A stretch of 64,000 nt of DNA from Octopus vulgaris (lineage: Eukaryota): NCBI GenBank assembly GCA_951406725.2, contig OX597820.1, positions 104,470,001-104,534,000 on the forward strand. The letters are read 5' to 3'. The notes beneath the pieces were generated by a model, which had not been told where the DNA came from, made no database searches, and was given only the letters and a program-made list of their open reading frames with translations. Both the position numbers and the translations under genes were made by a program. Shown here piece after piece: positions 63,821 through 64,000 of the stretch (positions are counted from its first letter, which is position 1; each line of letters begins with the position of its first letter).

Positions 63821-64000
63821 CCCTTTAGTATTTAAACTGACCCAGGTGTTCTACTTGTTTTATGTTCAAACTGGCCAGGTCTGGTCTCTCATACCTATCC
63901 CACAATGTCATTGTTAAAAATAGTCACATCATCATCAAAATATTGAAGCTACAAGATAATGCATGAATGTGAATAAATAATACATTTGACAGTAATCTGA
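63821..64000. mobile_element. piggyBac-type MITE (same family as 63237), cut by the window end
   Basis: TTAA|CCCTTTAGTA; collinear with the 63237 copy. Confidence 0.87.

Overview
AT-rich, microsatellite-saturated animal genomic DNA. The SINE, LINE and MITE repertoire and the TTAGGG repeats look like an octopus (coleoid cephalopod) genome; this is inferred, not proven. Almost all ORFs in the supplied track are microsatellite or SINE artefacts. The window is mostly transposable elements: at least five SINE families, three 5'-truncated L1/Tx1-like LINE copies stacked in one (GATA)n array, CR1-like and HERO-like (RLE) LINE fragments, one full-length decayed mariner, non-autonomous Helitrons, hAT and piggyBac MITEs, and a TTAGGG-bearing MITE family with 8-bp TSDs. 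One likely host first coding exon lies at 52900-53115 (+). The main observations are: (1) several non-coding elements carry type I hammerhead ribozyme folds, most with Penelope-like inverted-duplication architecture; (2) a Tx1-like LINE appears to target (GATA)n and shares its 3' end with an abundant SINE; (3) a palindromic MITE dimer moved as one unit; (4) CpG decay sets in after about 57.5 kb, consistent with gene-body methylation downstream of the candidate first exon. All alignments and folds were done by eye, and repeat boundaries are approximate unless a TSD or terminus is quoted.
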